Virus record (IMG/VR): IMGVR_UViG_3300012983_000001
Location: 128,001-192,000 of that record
Length of the DNA stretch: 64,000 nt
From: a virus
Lineage: Duplodnaviria; Caudoviricetes
Direction: 5' to 3' (one strand)
The notes below the pieces were generated by a model that was not told where the DNA came from, did no database searches, and saw only the letters and a program-made list of their open reading frames with translations. Numbering within the stretch: position 1 is the first letter of the stretch; every line of letters starts with the position of its first letter. The position numbers and the translations under genes are program-made. Below, one piece after another: positions 29,834 to 41,129 of this stretch.

Positions 29834-30823
29834 CTATTTAATCTTTACGAACTGGTCAAATGGAACAACCTTGATAAGCTTAACATTTTCAAGGCCAATC
29901 TTTTCAACTAAAAGTCTAGCCTTAATTAAAGCTGCTTCCAGAGAACCAACTGTAGTGTTAACAAACCATGGACTTAACTTGATACGTGTGTATGTATCTT
30001 TAATAAGATACGGGGCTTCGTTTATTTCTTCGTAATGACCAGGTACTGTTTTACGTGCAATATCTTCCTTGGTAATATTAACACTTTCGTATAAATGCGT
30101 TTGTGTACGAGACCCCCATGTTTCTCTACCATTTGGCAACATAAGCTTATCCATTGGATTGTTGCCAATTGCTACTGGACCATCATAATATGTAAACATG
30201 ATGCCACCATAACTTGAATCAATTGGCTCATCGACTACGGTATAATCTTCCCAGCTAAGTTTGCTTTCTTTTGCCTGGAATATATCTAAAGCTTCGTCAA
30301 TAAGAGCTTGGATGCGTTCTTCAGAATAATATCTATTCTTTTCTTTACCCTTATCGGCTTTACTAAGGTCTCGAATATATGTATCTTTAAAATGTTTTTG
30401 AATAGAGTGTGATTTACAAACAACAATCCCACCATCTTCTGGTGTAGTACGCTCAAGAGTAGTAAAATCTTTAGAATAATCCCCAAGGTTTCCGATTTTA
30501 CTACGGTCAAGACTCTGCCAATCTTTTACTACATAGCCTTCTGCTTCTGGATACCATTTCTTATGTCTAATTTTCTTTGTTCCATCATAAGCAAAAATCA
30601 TGTTGTTCTTAGGATTCTCACTGCTGTTACCAAAGGAAATCAGTTCTTGCTGTTCGTCAATCGCATCTGATTTCTCGATTTCATTACCAGCAAAGAGCTT
30701 ATGATATGGGTCAGTATAGAATTCACACACTGGCTCATAATCATAGTGCAAATCATTGGTAACTGGAGTATTAGTAGTTTCATTGATGTATCTGCAAAGA
30801 ATTTGATATTGTGTTGCAGCCAT
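29834..30823 (-). CDS. Hypothetical protein, paralogue of 29136-29822
   Basis: Same shared N- and C-terminal motifs as 29136-29822. Confidence 0.7.
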   Translation of the reverse strand: MAATQYQILCRYINETTNTPVTNDLHYDYEPVCEFYTDPYHKLFAGNEIEKSDAIDEQQELISFGNSSENPKNNMIFAYDGTKKIRHKKWYPEAEGYVVKDWQSLDRSKIGNLGDYSKDFTTLERTTPEDGGIVVCKSHSIQKHFKDTYIRDLSKADKGKEKNRYYSEERIQALIDEALDIFQAKESKLSWEDYTVVDEPIDSSYGGIMFTYYDGPVAIGNNPMDKLMLPNGRETWGSRTQTHLYESVNITKEDIARKTVPGHYEEINEAPYLIKDTYTRIKLSPWFVNTTVGSLEAALIKARLLVEKIGLENVKLIKVVPFDQFVKIK

Positions 30824-30842
30824 TGTTACATCCTTCCTTTCT

Positions 30843-33800
30843 TTAGGTTTCTTTAATGGTTAATCGCTTACCTTTTGATTTGTCTTGGTGATGGAGGTCC
30901 CAATATTCTTGTAATCGCTTATAGATTTCTCCAATACCTAAGTTACCTTTTCTAAGCATCTCATATATAGTTGCTCGGTCTTCATACAAGTTTGCATACT
31001 CAATCATCTTTCTTGCGATGTCATTCAATGGTTTATTGCCTGCTTTCAGAACAGGGTCAAAATCAATAGAAAGATTTTTGAACGTACAGTTCGGTACTTT
31101 AATATTACCGATGTAGAAGAAAGCATTCAAGTTGTGTTCTTTTGGTTTTTCTATTCTTACTATATTGGGCTCGCCAGTATAAGGTAACTCATACATTAAG
31201 TTTAATGTTGACCGTGAAACTGTATCAACGAGTGCATCGTTTATATATATATTAACCGAACCTATCGTATTTGACAATGAAAAAGTGAATGAACTATTCT
31301 TTTTATTCTTAATTTCGAAAGTTACAGACGCTTCTCTTTGTCCAATTAACTCAGGTTTATTACGAATAACTCCAAGTTTGCCGTCAACATACATAGTTGC
31401 ATCGGGGTCGTTAAGATTATTTGGTATCAAACATTCGCCAGTTGTAAGCTTTGATTCTAGTGTATCATATTCGTAAGAAATAATATACTGTGAATTTTGA
31501 ATAATACTTGTTTCGCCATACCATCGAATCAGCTTAAACACTCTTAGTGCTTGTTCCAGCTGGTCCAATGAGAAGTATTCCATAATCCAAGCATACATAT
31601 ATTCCATCATTAACTTTACCGACTGCATCATTGTCATTGTACCAAACTCAAAGATTTTGCTTTGCCATAAACGATAGAACTTCAAAAATATCGTATGCAT
31701 AACACTAGTTTCGATACCATAGAATTGTTCTATCTTTATAGCACTGTCGTCATAGTTAACTGCAATGTCGGCATGTTTTGACGTTAAAGGGTGCCTAATT
31801 GGGAACTTTGCTATAAACGTATGGTCGTCAATAACCTTAACAGGGTTACGTGGCCTCATGGTTTGTCTATTAAAGATAATGTCTTCGAATTGTTCATAGC
31901 GAGTATCGTTTTCTGGTAATAACAATTCATCAATACCAAAGACATTACCAGGGAACGGGTCTGGTGTTTCATATACCCAAGCCCAATTGCCAAAGTCATC
32001 AGGACGAATACCTGCATCATATGCTTTTGTATGAACTTCATGTAATTGTTGAAACAATGCAGACTCACGAATAATTTTATGGGTAAATACTCCGTAATCA
32101 TAAAAAGTATCAACGTGCTTTTTGATTGTAGGAGAAATACAATCTAACATATAACCATGTCTTTGGTCTCTGCTAACGCTAAATGTTTCATCTAGCATAA
32201 CACTATATTGTTTTTGACTCCACAAAGTACTGTAATCATAATAACACATTTGACTGATTTTATCTACAAATATTGAATTATTGCAATAAATATCTCTTGA
32301 AATTACAATAGTGCTCAGGTCACCTTCTATATGGCCGTCATATGACTTTCTATGGACTTTTATTTCTTCGTTTAACCAACACTCGCTTATTGTCTTATCG
32401 ACCAAAATTGAGGCGTTTAGCGCGGTCAAATGTTGATATTTATCCACAAAAACATCTTCAAAGACAAAGCCACGTACTTTGACTTTCGTAATCTGAGTAT
32501 TTTTATAGTCTAAGTAAACATCAAAAGCTTGTTTATCGCAAAATAAATCTAAATCTGGAATGCTCGTGTCTTTCGGAATAACAGAGCCACTTACATCATG
32601 ATTGATATATCCATTACCTGCGAGCTTTTGTACCATTGAATTGATACTATCAATATATGCTCTGTGTTTTACTTTAGATAACGGAATAATCATATTTGTA
32701 AAATTACTGTCTCGTATTTTTTCAATATAATGTTCTGCTATCTCGTTCTTGAAAACGAAATCCACATCAGGTATATATACAGGCTGTGGTGCCTTGTTTG
32801 CCAATACATTACGGAATAACGAAGCATTGTGCATCAATTTATCAGTAAATAATTGGTTAACTATAGCAATATCGTGTTGACCCTTAAACGCCCAATCATC
32901 ATCAAATGTGTATATACTGTGACTATATTTTGTTGCTAGTTTCATTTGAGTATCTAACATAGTCCCAAGTTGATTTTTAAACGCAAATACCGAATCATGC
33001 ATCTCGATGCTCATGTTGCTTTTATGACCAAAAGAACCAAGGTTTTGTATAAATATACTTGCTCTGTCTTTATTTGCTTCTTCAAATCCATGCCACAAAC
33101 TAATTCCATATTGGTCTTTATAAGCAAAGTCATTGTCACCAAAAACAGAGATAGATGCTTTATCTTTAGAGACAAAAATCTGACTCCAATTCTCAATAGA
33201 ATGATTGTCTTTGTATGCAAACCATGTATTGTCTTCGGCCCAAATACTTTTCTTATCAAGAGATAGGTCAACATTTGTAACTGGAAGCGTTAGGACTGCT
33301 TTGTCTTTGTACATGTATAATTGCCATGGGTCTACAATAACGCTTTTATCACCGAGCATACCCGACACAGAAGTGTATAATGTAATATTTTTTCCATTAT
33401 CTCCAAGAAACGTACTATCGGCAATACTTGCACCACCATTAAATTTGGTACCATGAACATCATTATCAAACAATGCAATTACTGCTTTGTCTGCTGTCAT
33501 CCATATGCCCTCAAAAAGTGACGTTAATGGATTATCTAATGTACCTGTGGTTATTATAAAATCTTTTAAGATTTTATGGTCCAAGCCAGCAAAAACAGAA
33601 CGAAGAGGTGTTATGGTATTTTTATCTTTAGATGCTGTATTTGTAACAAACCTAGAAACAACATGTTTGTCTCTAAAAACCATTGTAGGTATTACATAAT
33701 TCATTACATTGTCGTCTTTGAATGCTGACTCTAAGTTATGTTGGCTACCAATAGTAAGAACTGCTTTACTTACAAATGCTGACTGAAACATAAAAGCAGT

Positions 33801-34901
33801 GTTGTTATGTCTATATCCCCATAAAACTTTATGGCTATCCAGATGTTTTAAATAAACACTACCAGATACTTGTTTAAAGACATTTCCATGCTTATCACCT
33901 GGTTTGCCAAATAAAATTCTAAATGCATTTGCATACTTACGCTGTGGAGTACAAATAAGTGTTTTATTGATATTACCAATAAACGACGAACGTTCTCCGT
34001 ATATTTGAGGAATAATGTTCATTCTATGTGTGCGCGGATACTGTTCTGCTATTTGTGGCAAAATATTCATATGTATTGTATCATCTGCACGCTCTAACAT
34101 ATATACAGGCAGAATATTCATTTCTAAATCGAATGGAGCCATAAATATGTTTTCCAGACGACTTAAATCATTATCAAGAAACCCGCCTTGTGGATTAATC
34201 CATCGGTTTAATCTAAATGTAGGTAGTTTCAATGCAAATGTATCATAGATATTTAGCTCTTTATCAAACGTTGCGAGCATTCCAGGAGATTGCATTATGT
34301 CAAGATGATTTGTAAAAGCAAGATGACGCCACTCTTGGAAATATCTTAAATGATTATGATAACGTTTTTGTAAAAGTAAATTCGAATACTTTGATAGAAC
34401 ATAATCTTGTTGAAGCCAGATGTCTTGACCTAAAACCTGCTTGCTTAGGGCATCTCTGTCCATACTAGCAATAGGATTCTCGTATTTGTTGAGAATAGTA
34501 TCATGTCTACTAAGATAATAATCGTCATAAACATTTAATACGTATAATGGTAATGCCATATTGCGCACATCAAGAAATGTACTTAAGTTATAATGGGTTC
34601 TGTGTGCTTGCTCTTGCGTAGTATCAGAAAACATATCGTCTTTTACGATATCGAGACTTAAAAACAAGTTATGGTATTCAGTCTCATAAGGCTTAAGGTC
34701 AACAAATAGACCATATAACTGGTAAAGCCCAGTTGCTACCTTTGTGATAGCAACTGGGCTATTGAATGTGCTTGCATCAGAAAGGGCGATATATCTTTGA
34801 TACACTAAACCATATTCGATTGATTCAGACGGCCAATATGCAAATCTAGCTTCGTATCGTGGTTCAGATTTTGTTTTGTATTGAAAGGATATTTCGCTCA
34901 T
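30843..34901 (-). CDS. Large virion protein with degenerate ~15-16-aa repeats
   Basis: 1352 aa; quasi-periodic F-x-x-K-D units in the central part. Confidence 0.6.
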   Translation of the reverse strand: MSEISFQYKTKSEPRYEARFAYWPSESIEYGLVYQRYIALSDASTFNSPVAITKVATGLYQLYGLFVDLKPYETEYHNLFLSLDIVKDDMFSDTTQEQAHRTHYNLSTFLDVRNMALPLYVLNVYDDYYLSRHDTILNKYENPIASMDRDALSKQVLGQDIWLQQDYVLSKYSNLLLQKRYHNHLRYFQEWRHLAFTNHLDIMQSPGMLATFDKELNIYDTFALKLPTFRLNRWINPQGGFLDNDLSRLENIFMAPFDLEMNILPVYMLERADDTIHMNILPQIAEQYPRTHRMNIIPQIYGERSSFIGNINKTLICTPQRKYANAFRILFGKPGDKHGNVFKQVSGSVYLKHLDSHKVLWGYRHNNTAFMFQSAFVSKAVLTIGSQHNLESAFKDDNVMNYVIPTMVFRDKHVVSRFVTNTASKDKNTITPLRSVFAGLDHKILKDFIITTGTLDNPLTSLFEGIWMTADKAVIALFDNDVHGTKFNGGASIADSTFLGDNGKNITLYTSVSGMLGDKSVIVDPWQLYMYKDKAVLTLPVTNVDLSLDKKSIWAEDNTWFAYKDNHSIENWSQIFVSKDKASISVFGDNDFAYKDQYGISLWHGFEEANKDRASIFIQNLGSFGHKSNMSIEMHDSVFAFKNQLGTMLDTQMKLATKYSHSIYTFDDDWAFKGQHDIAIVNQLFTDKLMHNASLFRNVLANKAPQPVYIPDVDFVFKNEIAEHYIEKIRDSNFTNMIIPLSKVKHRAYIDSINSMVQKLAGNGYINHDVSGSVIPKDTSIPDLDLFCDKQAFDVYLDYKNTQITKVKVRGFVFEDVFVDKYQHLTALNASILVDKTISECWLNEEIKVHRKSYDGHIEGDLSTIVISRDIYCNNSIFVDKISQMCYYDYSTLWSQKQYSVMLDETFSVSRDQRHGYMLDCISPTIKKHVDTFYDYGVFTHKIIRESALFQQLHEVHTKAYDAGIRPDDFGNWAWVYETPDPFPGNVFGIDELLLPENDTRYEQFEDIIFNRQTMRPRNPVKVIDDHTFIAKFPIRHPLTSKHADIAVNYDDSAIKIEQFYGIETSVMHTIFLKFYRLWQSKIFEFGTMTMMQSVKLMMEYMYAWIMEYFSLDQLEQALRVFKLIRWYGETSIIQNSQYIISYEYDTLESKLTTGECLIPNNLNDPDATMYVDGKLGVIRNKPELIGQREASVTFEIKNKKNSSFTFSLSNTIGSVNIYINDALVDTVSRSTLNLMYELPYTGEPNIVRIEKPKEHNLNAFFYIGNIKVPNCTFKNLSIDFDPVLKAGNKPLNDIARKMIEYANLYEDRATIYEMLRKGNLGIGEIYKRLQEYWDLHHQDKSKGKRLTIKET

Positions 34902-34912
34902 TTCACCACTCC

Positions 34913-36340
34913 TTATGCTGCTGCAATTTTAGATGTATCAATCTGGAAGGAAGCAGTACGGTCAGCTGTTGTAGAACCGCCACCGATTTCATCACCTGTT
35001 GCAGAGTATCCAGATACGCCAATCTTAATACCACAAGTGAATCTCTTCTGTTCCTCGCTTGCATCCTTAAGCTTATCAAAGTCGATAGTAAGAATAGCTA
35101 ATGTGTCATCAACGTTACGATTGAAGCCCTTATTATATGCGTCAACAAAGATTGCAGGATGGGTTTCCTTGAAGAGAGTCATTGTACCATAGTTATACAT
35201 TACGCTTTCAAGTGTTACGCCGATAATCTGACCAAGACCAAGCTTAAGCTCTGGAGCTTCAAATAATTCACTACCTCTGTTACTGAATGCTGTCAATGTC
35301 ATTGTGCCACCTGTTGTTGGAGCAAGAAGGGTTTCGTAAGAAGAGCTACCATCTGTCTTGTACTGATACTTGCCTTCATCGTCTGTTTGCAGATACAGAT
35401 TGTTGAGTACAACGTCAAGAACTTCTTCATTGGTAATATATTTACTAATGGTAGAACAGTTAAATACAACATCTCTGGTAACCTGGCCAAGAGTAAGAGT
35501 TGCAGTAAGAACAAGACCGCCAATGCGGACGCGATTCTGTAATGCGTTATTCGTACTACCAACAACCTTAACGGTAGCAGTTGCATTAGGAATAACATCA
35601 ATCAGCGTACATGCTTCTTTGTATGTACATCTTGTAACAGCACCTGTTTCGATATTAATACGAGGCTCTGTATAAATACCAGTTGTAAACGGAAGCGTTT
35701 CATCTACGACACTCCATTTAATGGTTACAGGCTCTGTAGACATATCAGGAATGCTTCTGCTCTGAACAAGACTAAGTGGCTTTAAAATGTTATTGTGACC
35801 AGAAGCTTCACTGTTCTGCTGATAAGCTTCATTTGCACCACCAATCAGAGCCCATAAGCCAGCCTGAGTAAATGTAGTGCTATTCAGTACTTCTTCAGCA
35901 GTAATTGCCATAACAGTTGTCTGTATTCTGGAAGTTACCATACCAGTATCGCCCTTGGTAACGGTAATCTCAATATGACCAACAGCATTGCCTTCGCCAA
36001 ACTTTGGTCTTCCTAAGACCTTACCGTCGTCAGTCATATAGGTACTAAGATACGGAACGTCAATATCGACAATACGATATGTAATAGTTGTTCCATTAGC
36101 GCCGCTATATGTCAATGTAACATTGTCCACAAGCTGACTTAAATCGTGGGCAGTAGTAATTTTTTCTACCGCAGTTGCATGGTCAAGAATACAACATGTC
36201 ATATCGTCAATACCAGCTGCTTTAACGCTTACATTAAATGTCTTCTTAGCCCATTTCTTCTTATTCTCTGTAACAACCTTGGCCATCAAACGAACGCCAG
36301 TAGGTTTATCTTTTCGAGTTACTAAACCAACAAAAGACAT
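34913..36340 (-). CDS. Ig-like repeat virion protein
   Basis: GANGTTITY...DGKV.GRP and VTIKWS...TGAVTR...LTATLTLG Ig-like patterns. Confidence 0.55.
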   Translation of the reverse strand: MSFVGLVTRKDKPTGVRLMAKVVTENKKKWAKKTFNVSVKAAGIDDMTCCILDHATAVEKITTAHDLSQLVDNVTLTYSGANGTTITYRIVDIDVPYLSTYMTDDGKVLGRPKFGEGNAVGHIEITVTKGDTGMVTSRIQTTVMAITAEEVLNSTTFTQAGLWALIGGANEAYQQNSEASGHNNILKPLSLVQSRSIPDMSTEPVTIKWSVVDETLPFTTGIYTEPRINIETGAVTRCTYKEACTLIDVIPNATATVKVVGSTNNALQNRVRIGGLVLTATLTLGQVTRDVVFNCSTISKYITNEEVLDVVLNNLYLQTDDEGKYQYKTDGSSSYETLLAPTTGGTMTLTAFSNRGSELFEAPELKLGLGQIIGVTLESVMYNYGTMTLFKETHPAIFVDAYNKGFNRNVDDTLAILTIDFDKLKDASEEQKRFTCGIKIGVSGYSATGDEIGGGSTTADRTASFQIDTSKIAAA

Positions 36341-36392
36341 ATATTTTTCCTCCTTTATTTATTCCCCCAGGCGGTTAGCCTGGGGGTTATTG

Positions 36393-39300
36393 TTATGCAA
36401 TTTCGGTAAATAATACCTTTAACTGGATGTTCTTGGATACGTTCTTCAATCTCACAGCCTTATAGGTTACGTTATTGATAATCATATCTTCGAATGCTTC
36501 GATAACTTCTACAGTAGAAGCATCTGCCATATTGATAACAGTAACAGCGGAAACTTCATAACCATCCGCAGGTACTAAAGGCATATCAAATACGCCGTCA
36601 TACTCAACAGAAGTTGTGATAGTATTTACTGTCTTGTTATCGTACAGCATTGCGCCCTTACCACCTTCAATATAAGCACTGATAGAGCAAGGATACTGCA
36701 ATAACCAGTTTGTATCATTAGTACCGTCCTTAAGAGGTACACATGCAAACTTGGAAATTGTATAAGTCTTTGTTGTAGTGCCGCCTGTTTCTGTAGTATT
36801 TGTTTCCTTAACGGAATATAACATCAAATACTTATCAGGAGCAGCGTCGGTAAGCTGTACATCACCAGTAGGTAATACATCACCGATAACACCACCATAA
36901 GGTACACCCTGAATATTGTATTCAAAGGACTCGTTTTCGGTTGTGCCATCGTACAGTACTGCCTTAATGTGAGCGCCAGTACCAAAAGAGTCAATTGGTG
37001 CAGGAGCAATACCGTAATAGATTTTCTCACCTGCTTCAGCAGTAAAGCCACTAATCTTAAGATAAGATGTAGTATTATCTGCTTTATTATCGCCCTGGTC
37101 AAGCGTTACGCCAGTTTCAGGTGCAATCGGTTGACTTAAATCGCCCTTATATTCACTAGTATTAACGACTGCAAGCTGAATTGGGCTGTAAGCGGATGGA
37201 GTGTTAACACTACCAATCCATGCGCTATTTGGAACAATGCTCCAATATACACTACATTCATCAACCTTATCTCTTGGATAAATGTCAGATTCAACATTCT
37301 TCCAGTGCTCAGTGAACAGAGACAAGCTTTGTATTGCAAGCTTTAACAGGATTTCTTCGTCTTCATAACGAGGTTCGATTTCCTGTTTCTTGATAGCTAA
37401 ACCATATCTTGCATTTGGAGAGTCACTTAATGGAGAGAACGGTGCGGTAATCGGGAAGAATACAAAGGTCTCTTCATATTCATTAGGGTCTTTTTCGAAG
37501 TCCTTATTGATTACCAGTTCATCCAGTGCATATAAGCTTGCGCTGTCGATAACGAGTAAGTCACTAAGAGTACCACGAGGACCATCGTTACTATGTGTAA
37601 CTTTGATGCGGTCTGCATAGTATTCACCAGTGTAACTGGACTTACCATACATTACCTTACTCATGTATTCTTCTGTGGTTGCAAATAACATATGGTGTTT
37701 CTGATAGTAAGCCTTAGAACGGGTATGATACATCATAATAGATGTAATACCGTCAGAGGTATTGATACCATAGTCCTTTACCTTATCTACGTCAACAACG
37801 TTACCAAAAACGTCTCTGGATACACCACTTGTAATTACGAATTTCTCCTGATAATCACTGAAGTTCAACAGGATAATATAATTATCGTTGTTGTACTGAA
37901 GATGTTCAGGGTCAATCTTGATACGCAACAGGTCGGACTTACCATTGTTCATGTAGAACTCTCTTTCAGTAGCATTTACGAAAGGAGTTACTGGTTTTCC
38001 AGTTCCCTTTTCGATAATCATGTACTTAGGCCATCTTTCACGATTGAAATAGGTCTTGTCGGTTAACTGAATATCGTAATATTCATCACCAGTACATTCA
38101 GTACTCCAAGGACAAACGGTAATGAATGCTGCAAGCGCATCCTGGTCATATGTACCGTCTTTTACTTCAGCCGCACTTAAGGTATACTCGTACATTTCAC
38201 GAATGGTCTTCTCAGTTGTCAGAGTAGTATTACATGGCTCTGTACTGGAAGAAGTAAATAATGCAAAGTTACCTGCGGTATCATTGATGGAATTATCGAA
38301 AGATTCGATACGTCCACAATAACAACCAGATACTAAGTGACGGTCTCTCTCGTAGTCAAGAGACGGATTACCCATTACGATAATGGAGAATCTGTCGTTG
38401 TTGGTGTTAATCCAGTATCTCATCTTTGTGTCAGCGTTTAAGCCCGCTGTTTCCAATGGAACAAGGATAGTACCATCGTGAATACTAGAGATGCTAACGT
38501 CAGCATCAATAGAGTCAACAATGATTTCTTCGAAATCCTGGTACCAAGACAGCTTAGACCAAGGAGAAATGTGTGAATTAGTCTGCACCAATTCGCCGCT
38601 GGCATTGTACACGTTATCCATCGGACCGTTCATCTCGTCATTGATGATATCGAATAATCTCATTAAAACATAATGGTTATTCAACAGAGTTACTCTTTCA
38701 GAGATAACATCCTGCTCGTTGGTCTCGTAAGTATATCTAACTACTAAGCGGCCCTGGCTGGATTCCTCAAAGGTAATATCTTCATCAAAGATGATTGTCT
38801 GATTATCAAGGTGATATAAGCTGGTACTTAATGGAGTGTAAATACCATTCAGGCAAAACTCAGGAACTAATTTTTCGGTTGGTGACTTTGCTACTTTGTA
38901 AGTAGAATTTACACCAGTCTTAATGCTGTAGGTCTTAAGTTTCTTAAGGCCTTCAAACATCATGTTATATACGTTACCGAGTCTTAAAATGGTAATTGTA
39001 AGCTTCTCCAATAAAGTATAAGTCTTCGGCTCAATACCTTCGCCACTGTCCAGGCTGTTCAGAATTAAGGAATACAAAGCCGCATCGTCCTGCTTAATCT
39101 TTGTGAGCTGTGCTGCATTAAAAGTAACGAATGTACTAGCTCCATCAGTTAACGGCGGGCTAAATGTATCGTCACCGATGATACCACAAATCTTTCTTAC
39201 GTAATCATCACACTCAGTATAAGTGAGTTTGACGGTACCAGAAGTTGGGTCATTCTGGTGCAACAAGCTACCGTCTTCCTCTTTACAGAGAAATGCACTA

Positions 39301-39866
39301 ATGTCTTCTTCGGTAGAATGCTGAAGTTGTAAGGAATCGGAATATAACTCCTTGGTAATCAGCTTAGGAGTAATACCGTGTCTTTCACAATCCAACGGAT
39401 ACTCTTCTGGATTTGCCAGATATGCTGGTTTGTAAATCTCCAGATACATTGTTAAGGATGCCTTATTGGAATCAGAGTCTACCGTAAGGTCATCAAATTC
39501 AATGTCTGCCAAATCTTTTGGAGTGGTAGTTGTACGTAAGATAACGGTATCTGCAATCTTGCTTACCTGATTGAGAATCTTCTTCTGATATTCTTCAATA
39601 GATAAGTATTCTGTAGTGTAATTGCCTTCCTCGTCATACAAGGTTAAGCCGAGAGAGTCATCAGGCTTAGGATAAACAATATCCCAGTTCTTGTCGATTG
39701 ACACCAATGCTTTTTCAAGCTCATTGCCATCAACGTCCTTCAGGGCTTCTGTTCTAACGCCTAAGGCCAATACTTTGGCGATTTCCTTCGGGAAATCTGT
39801 AGAAGAACATAAGCCTTCATAATACTTGAACACTTTACGTTCTACATTATTGACATTTACAGCCAT
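36393..39866 (-). CDS. Large virion structural protein
   Basis: 1157 aa, strong SD AAGGAGG, in the head-to-tail interval; C-terminal VPADGYEVSAVTV Ig-like domain. Confidence 0.6.
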   Translation of the reverse strand: MAVNVNNVERKVFKYYEGLCSSTDFPKEIAKVLALGVRTEALKDVDGNELEKALVSIDKNWDIVYPKPDDSLGLTLYDEEGNYTTEYLSIEEYQKKILNQVSKIADTVILRTTTTPKDLADIEFDDLTVDSDSNKASLTMYLEIYKPAYLANPEEYPLDCERHGITPKLITKELYSDSLQLQHSTEEDISAFLCKEEDGSLLHQNDPTSGTVKLTYTECDDYVRKICGIIGDDTFSPPLTDGASTFVTFNAAQLTKIKQDDAALYSLILNSLDSGEGIEPKTYTLLEKLTITILRLGNVYNMMFEGLKKLKTYSIKTGVNSTYKVAKSPTEKLVPEFCLNGIYTPLSTSLYHLDNQTIIFDEDITFEESSQGRLVVRYTYETNEQDVISERVTLLNNHYVLMRLFDIINDEMNGPMDNVYNASGELVQTNSHISPWSKLSWYQDFEEIIVDSIDADVSISSIHDGTILVPLETAGLNADTKMRYWINTNNDRFSIIVMGNPSLDYERDRHLVSGCYCGRIESFDNSINDTAGNFALFTSSSTEPCNTTLTTEKTIREMYEYTLSAAEVKDGTYDQDALAAFITVCPWSTECTGDEYYDIQLTDKTYFNRERWPKYMIIEKGTGKPVTPFVNATEREFYMNNGKSDLLRIKIDPEHLQYNNDNYIILLNFSDYQEKFVITSGVSRDVFGNVVDVDKVKDYGINTSDGITSIMMYHTRSKAYYQKHHMLFATTEEYMSKVMYGKSSYTGEYYADRIKVTHSNDGPRGTLSDLLVIDSASLYALDELVINKDFEKDPNEYEETFVFFPITAPFSPLSDSPNARYGLAIKKQEIEPRYEDEEILLKLAIQSLSLFTEHWKNVESDIYPRDKVDECSVYWSIVPNSAWIGSVNTPSAYSPIQLAVVNTSEYKGDLSQPIAPETGVTLDQGDNKADNTTSYLKISGFTAEAGEKIYYGIAPAPIDSFGTGAHIKAVLYDGTTENESFEYNIQGVPYGGVIGDVLPTGDVQLTDAAPDKYLMLYSVKETNTTETGGTTTKTYTISKFACVPLKDGTNDTNWLLQYPCSISAYIEGGKGAMLYDNKTVNTITTSVEYDGVFDMPLVPADGYEVSAVTVINMADASTVEVIEAFEDMIINNVTYKAVRLKNVSKNIQLKVLFTEIA

Positions 39867-39922
39867 TTTGGTTACCTCCTTATAAGATTGTATACTATAT
39901 AATATACCAGTCTAACGAACGA

Positions 39923-40453
39923 TTATGCGTCTGGAATAGGGTTCATTTCTGCTCCCGTGATTTCAGCTGTTGGTGTAGATACCGTAAAAGTATCTATCAA
40001 ATCAACAGTAATCTGTTCGGCTTTAACTGGATTTCTTAATAGTCTCACACCTAACCATACTTTCTTAGATGTACCGCTAATATTAACAAATTTTAGTTTG
40101 AATTTGGATTCAGGCGGTAATACATATACATACGTTGATGTACCAATGTACAAACCTTCTTTAACTTCCGTAGGAAACCAAGTATCAAACCAAAGTTCAT
40201 CATTAACGAATAAATTATAATAGTCATTCTCGCCATATCCACTGCAAGTTACGACAATCGACATCAATTCCATCTCTTCATCTGGGCTAGTGTAATCTAA
40301 ATCATAAACGCCAGCAATGGCAGGAATGTTTATCATAGTCATCTTATTGTACGGTTGGCTTAAGTAAGCAAAGTTTCGAATTCGGTCTACGTAATTGACG
40401 CGCTTGACTTTATCAAGCTCACCACCTGCAACGTATACAACTTGGAATCCCAT
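39923..40453 (-). CDS. Virion protein (hypothetical)
   Basis: 176-aa beta-rich ORF with SD GAGGTG. Confidence 0.5.
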   Translation of the reverse strand: MGFQVVYVAGGELDKVKRVNYVDRIRNFAYLSQPYNKMTMINIPAIAGVYDLDYTSPDEEMELMSIVVTCSGYGENDYYNLFVNDELWFDTWFPTEVKEGLYIGTSTYVYVLPPESKFKLKFVNISGTSKKVWLGVRLLRNPVKAEQITVDLIDTFTVSTPTAEITGAEMNPIPDA

Positions 40454-40463
40454 GAACTCACCT

Positions 40464-41129
40464 CTATCCTATGTTTTGTACATAAGGTACACGATTGTTA
40501 AAGTAGTCAGGGTCTCCAACAAACTTGTACTCGTGTTTGTCTTCAATCGGCAGCACAAACGTTACTTCTGTATCATCCATAGTAATCATGATATCGTCGT
40601 ATGTAATGCCAGCAATCTGATTCTGGTCTAAATCAAAGTGAGCTTTAATATAACCGATATTACCTTCTGGAACAATATCACTTACCTCGCTTGCGTCATG
40701 AATACTATAAGATGCACTTTTGACATAAACGTCATCTACCAATACGTTGATAATAAAATCTCTGCCACACTGACCGTCTGCATCTGGCATCAGCAATGCT
40801 TTGATTTCATCACCTGTCAGCCATTTGTCTGTATTTATGTCTTTCAGTGTAATGAAGATATCACCTGAAGCTGCATCGTTAATTACGGTGTTCATCTTAA
40901 AAGTTAACAGCTCTGAGATAACATACTTAGAAGCCTGTAATGAGTGGATAACGCTATCCATCATTTCGTTAATCAGCATTTTGGTACTCTTGGTAATACC
41001 ATTGTTCATTAAGTAGTCACGAAACTCTTTGACTGTAATCTTTTTGGTTTCAGCACTATCTTCGATTACAAGGATATCGGTATCCTGAATCTCAATAGCA
41101 GTCTTGGATGTAAGATTACTAATCTTCAC
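40464..41129 (-). CDS. Fibre-attachment-like virion protein
   Basis: N-terminal KISNL...DTDILVIED..ETKKITV motif common in fibre proteins. Confidence 0.5.
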   Translation of the reverse strand: MKISNLTSKTAIEIQDTDILVIEDSAETKKITVKEFRDYLMNNGITKSTKMLINEMMDSVIHSLQASKYVISELLTFKMNTVINDAASGDIFITLKDINTDKWLTGDEIKALLMPDADGQCGRDFIINVLVDDVYVKSASYSIHDASEVSDIVPEGNIGYIKAHFDLDQNQIAGITYDDIMITMDDTEVTFVLPIEDKHEYKFVGDPDYFNNRVPYVQNIG

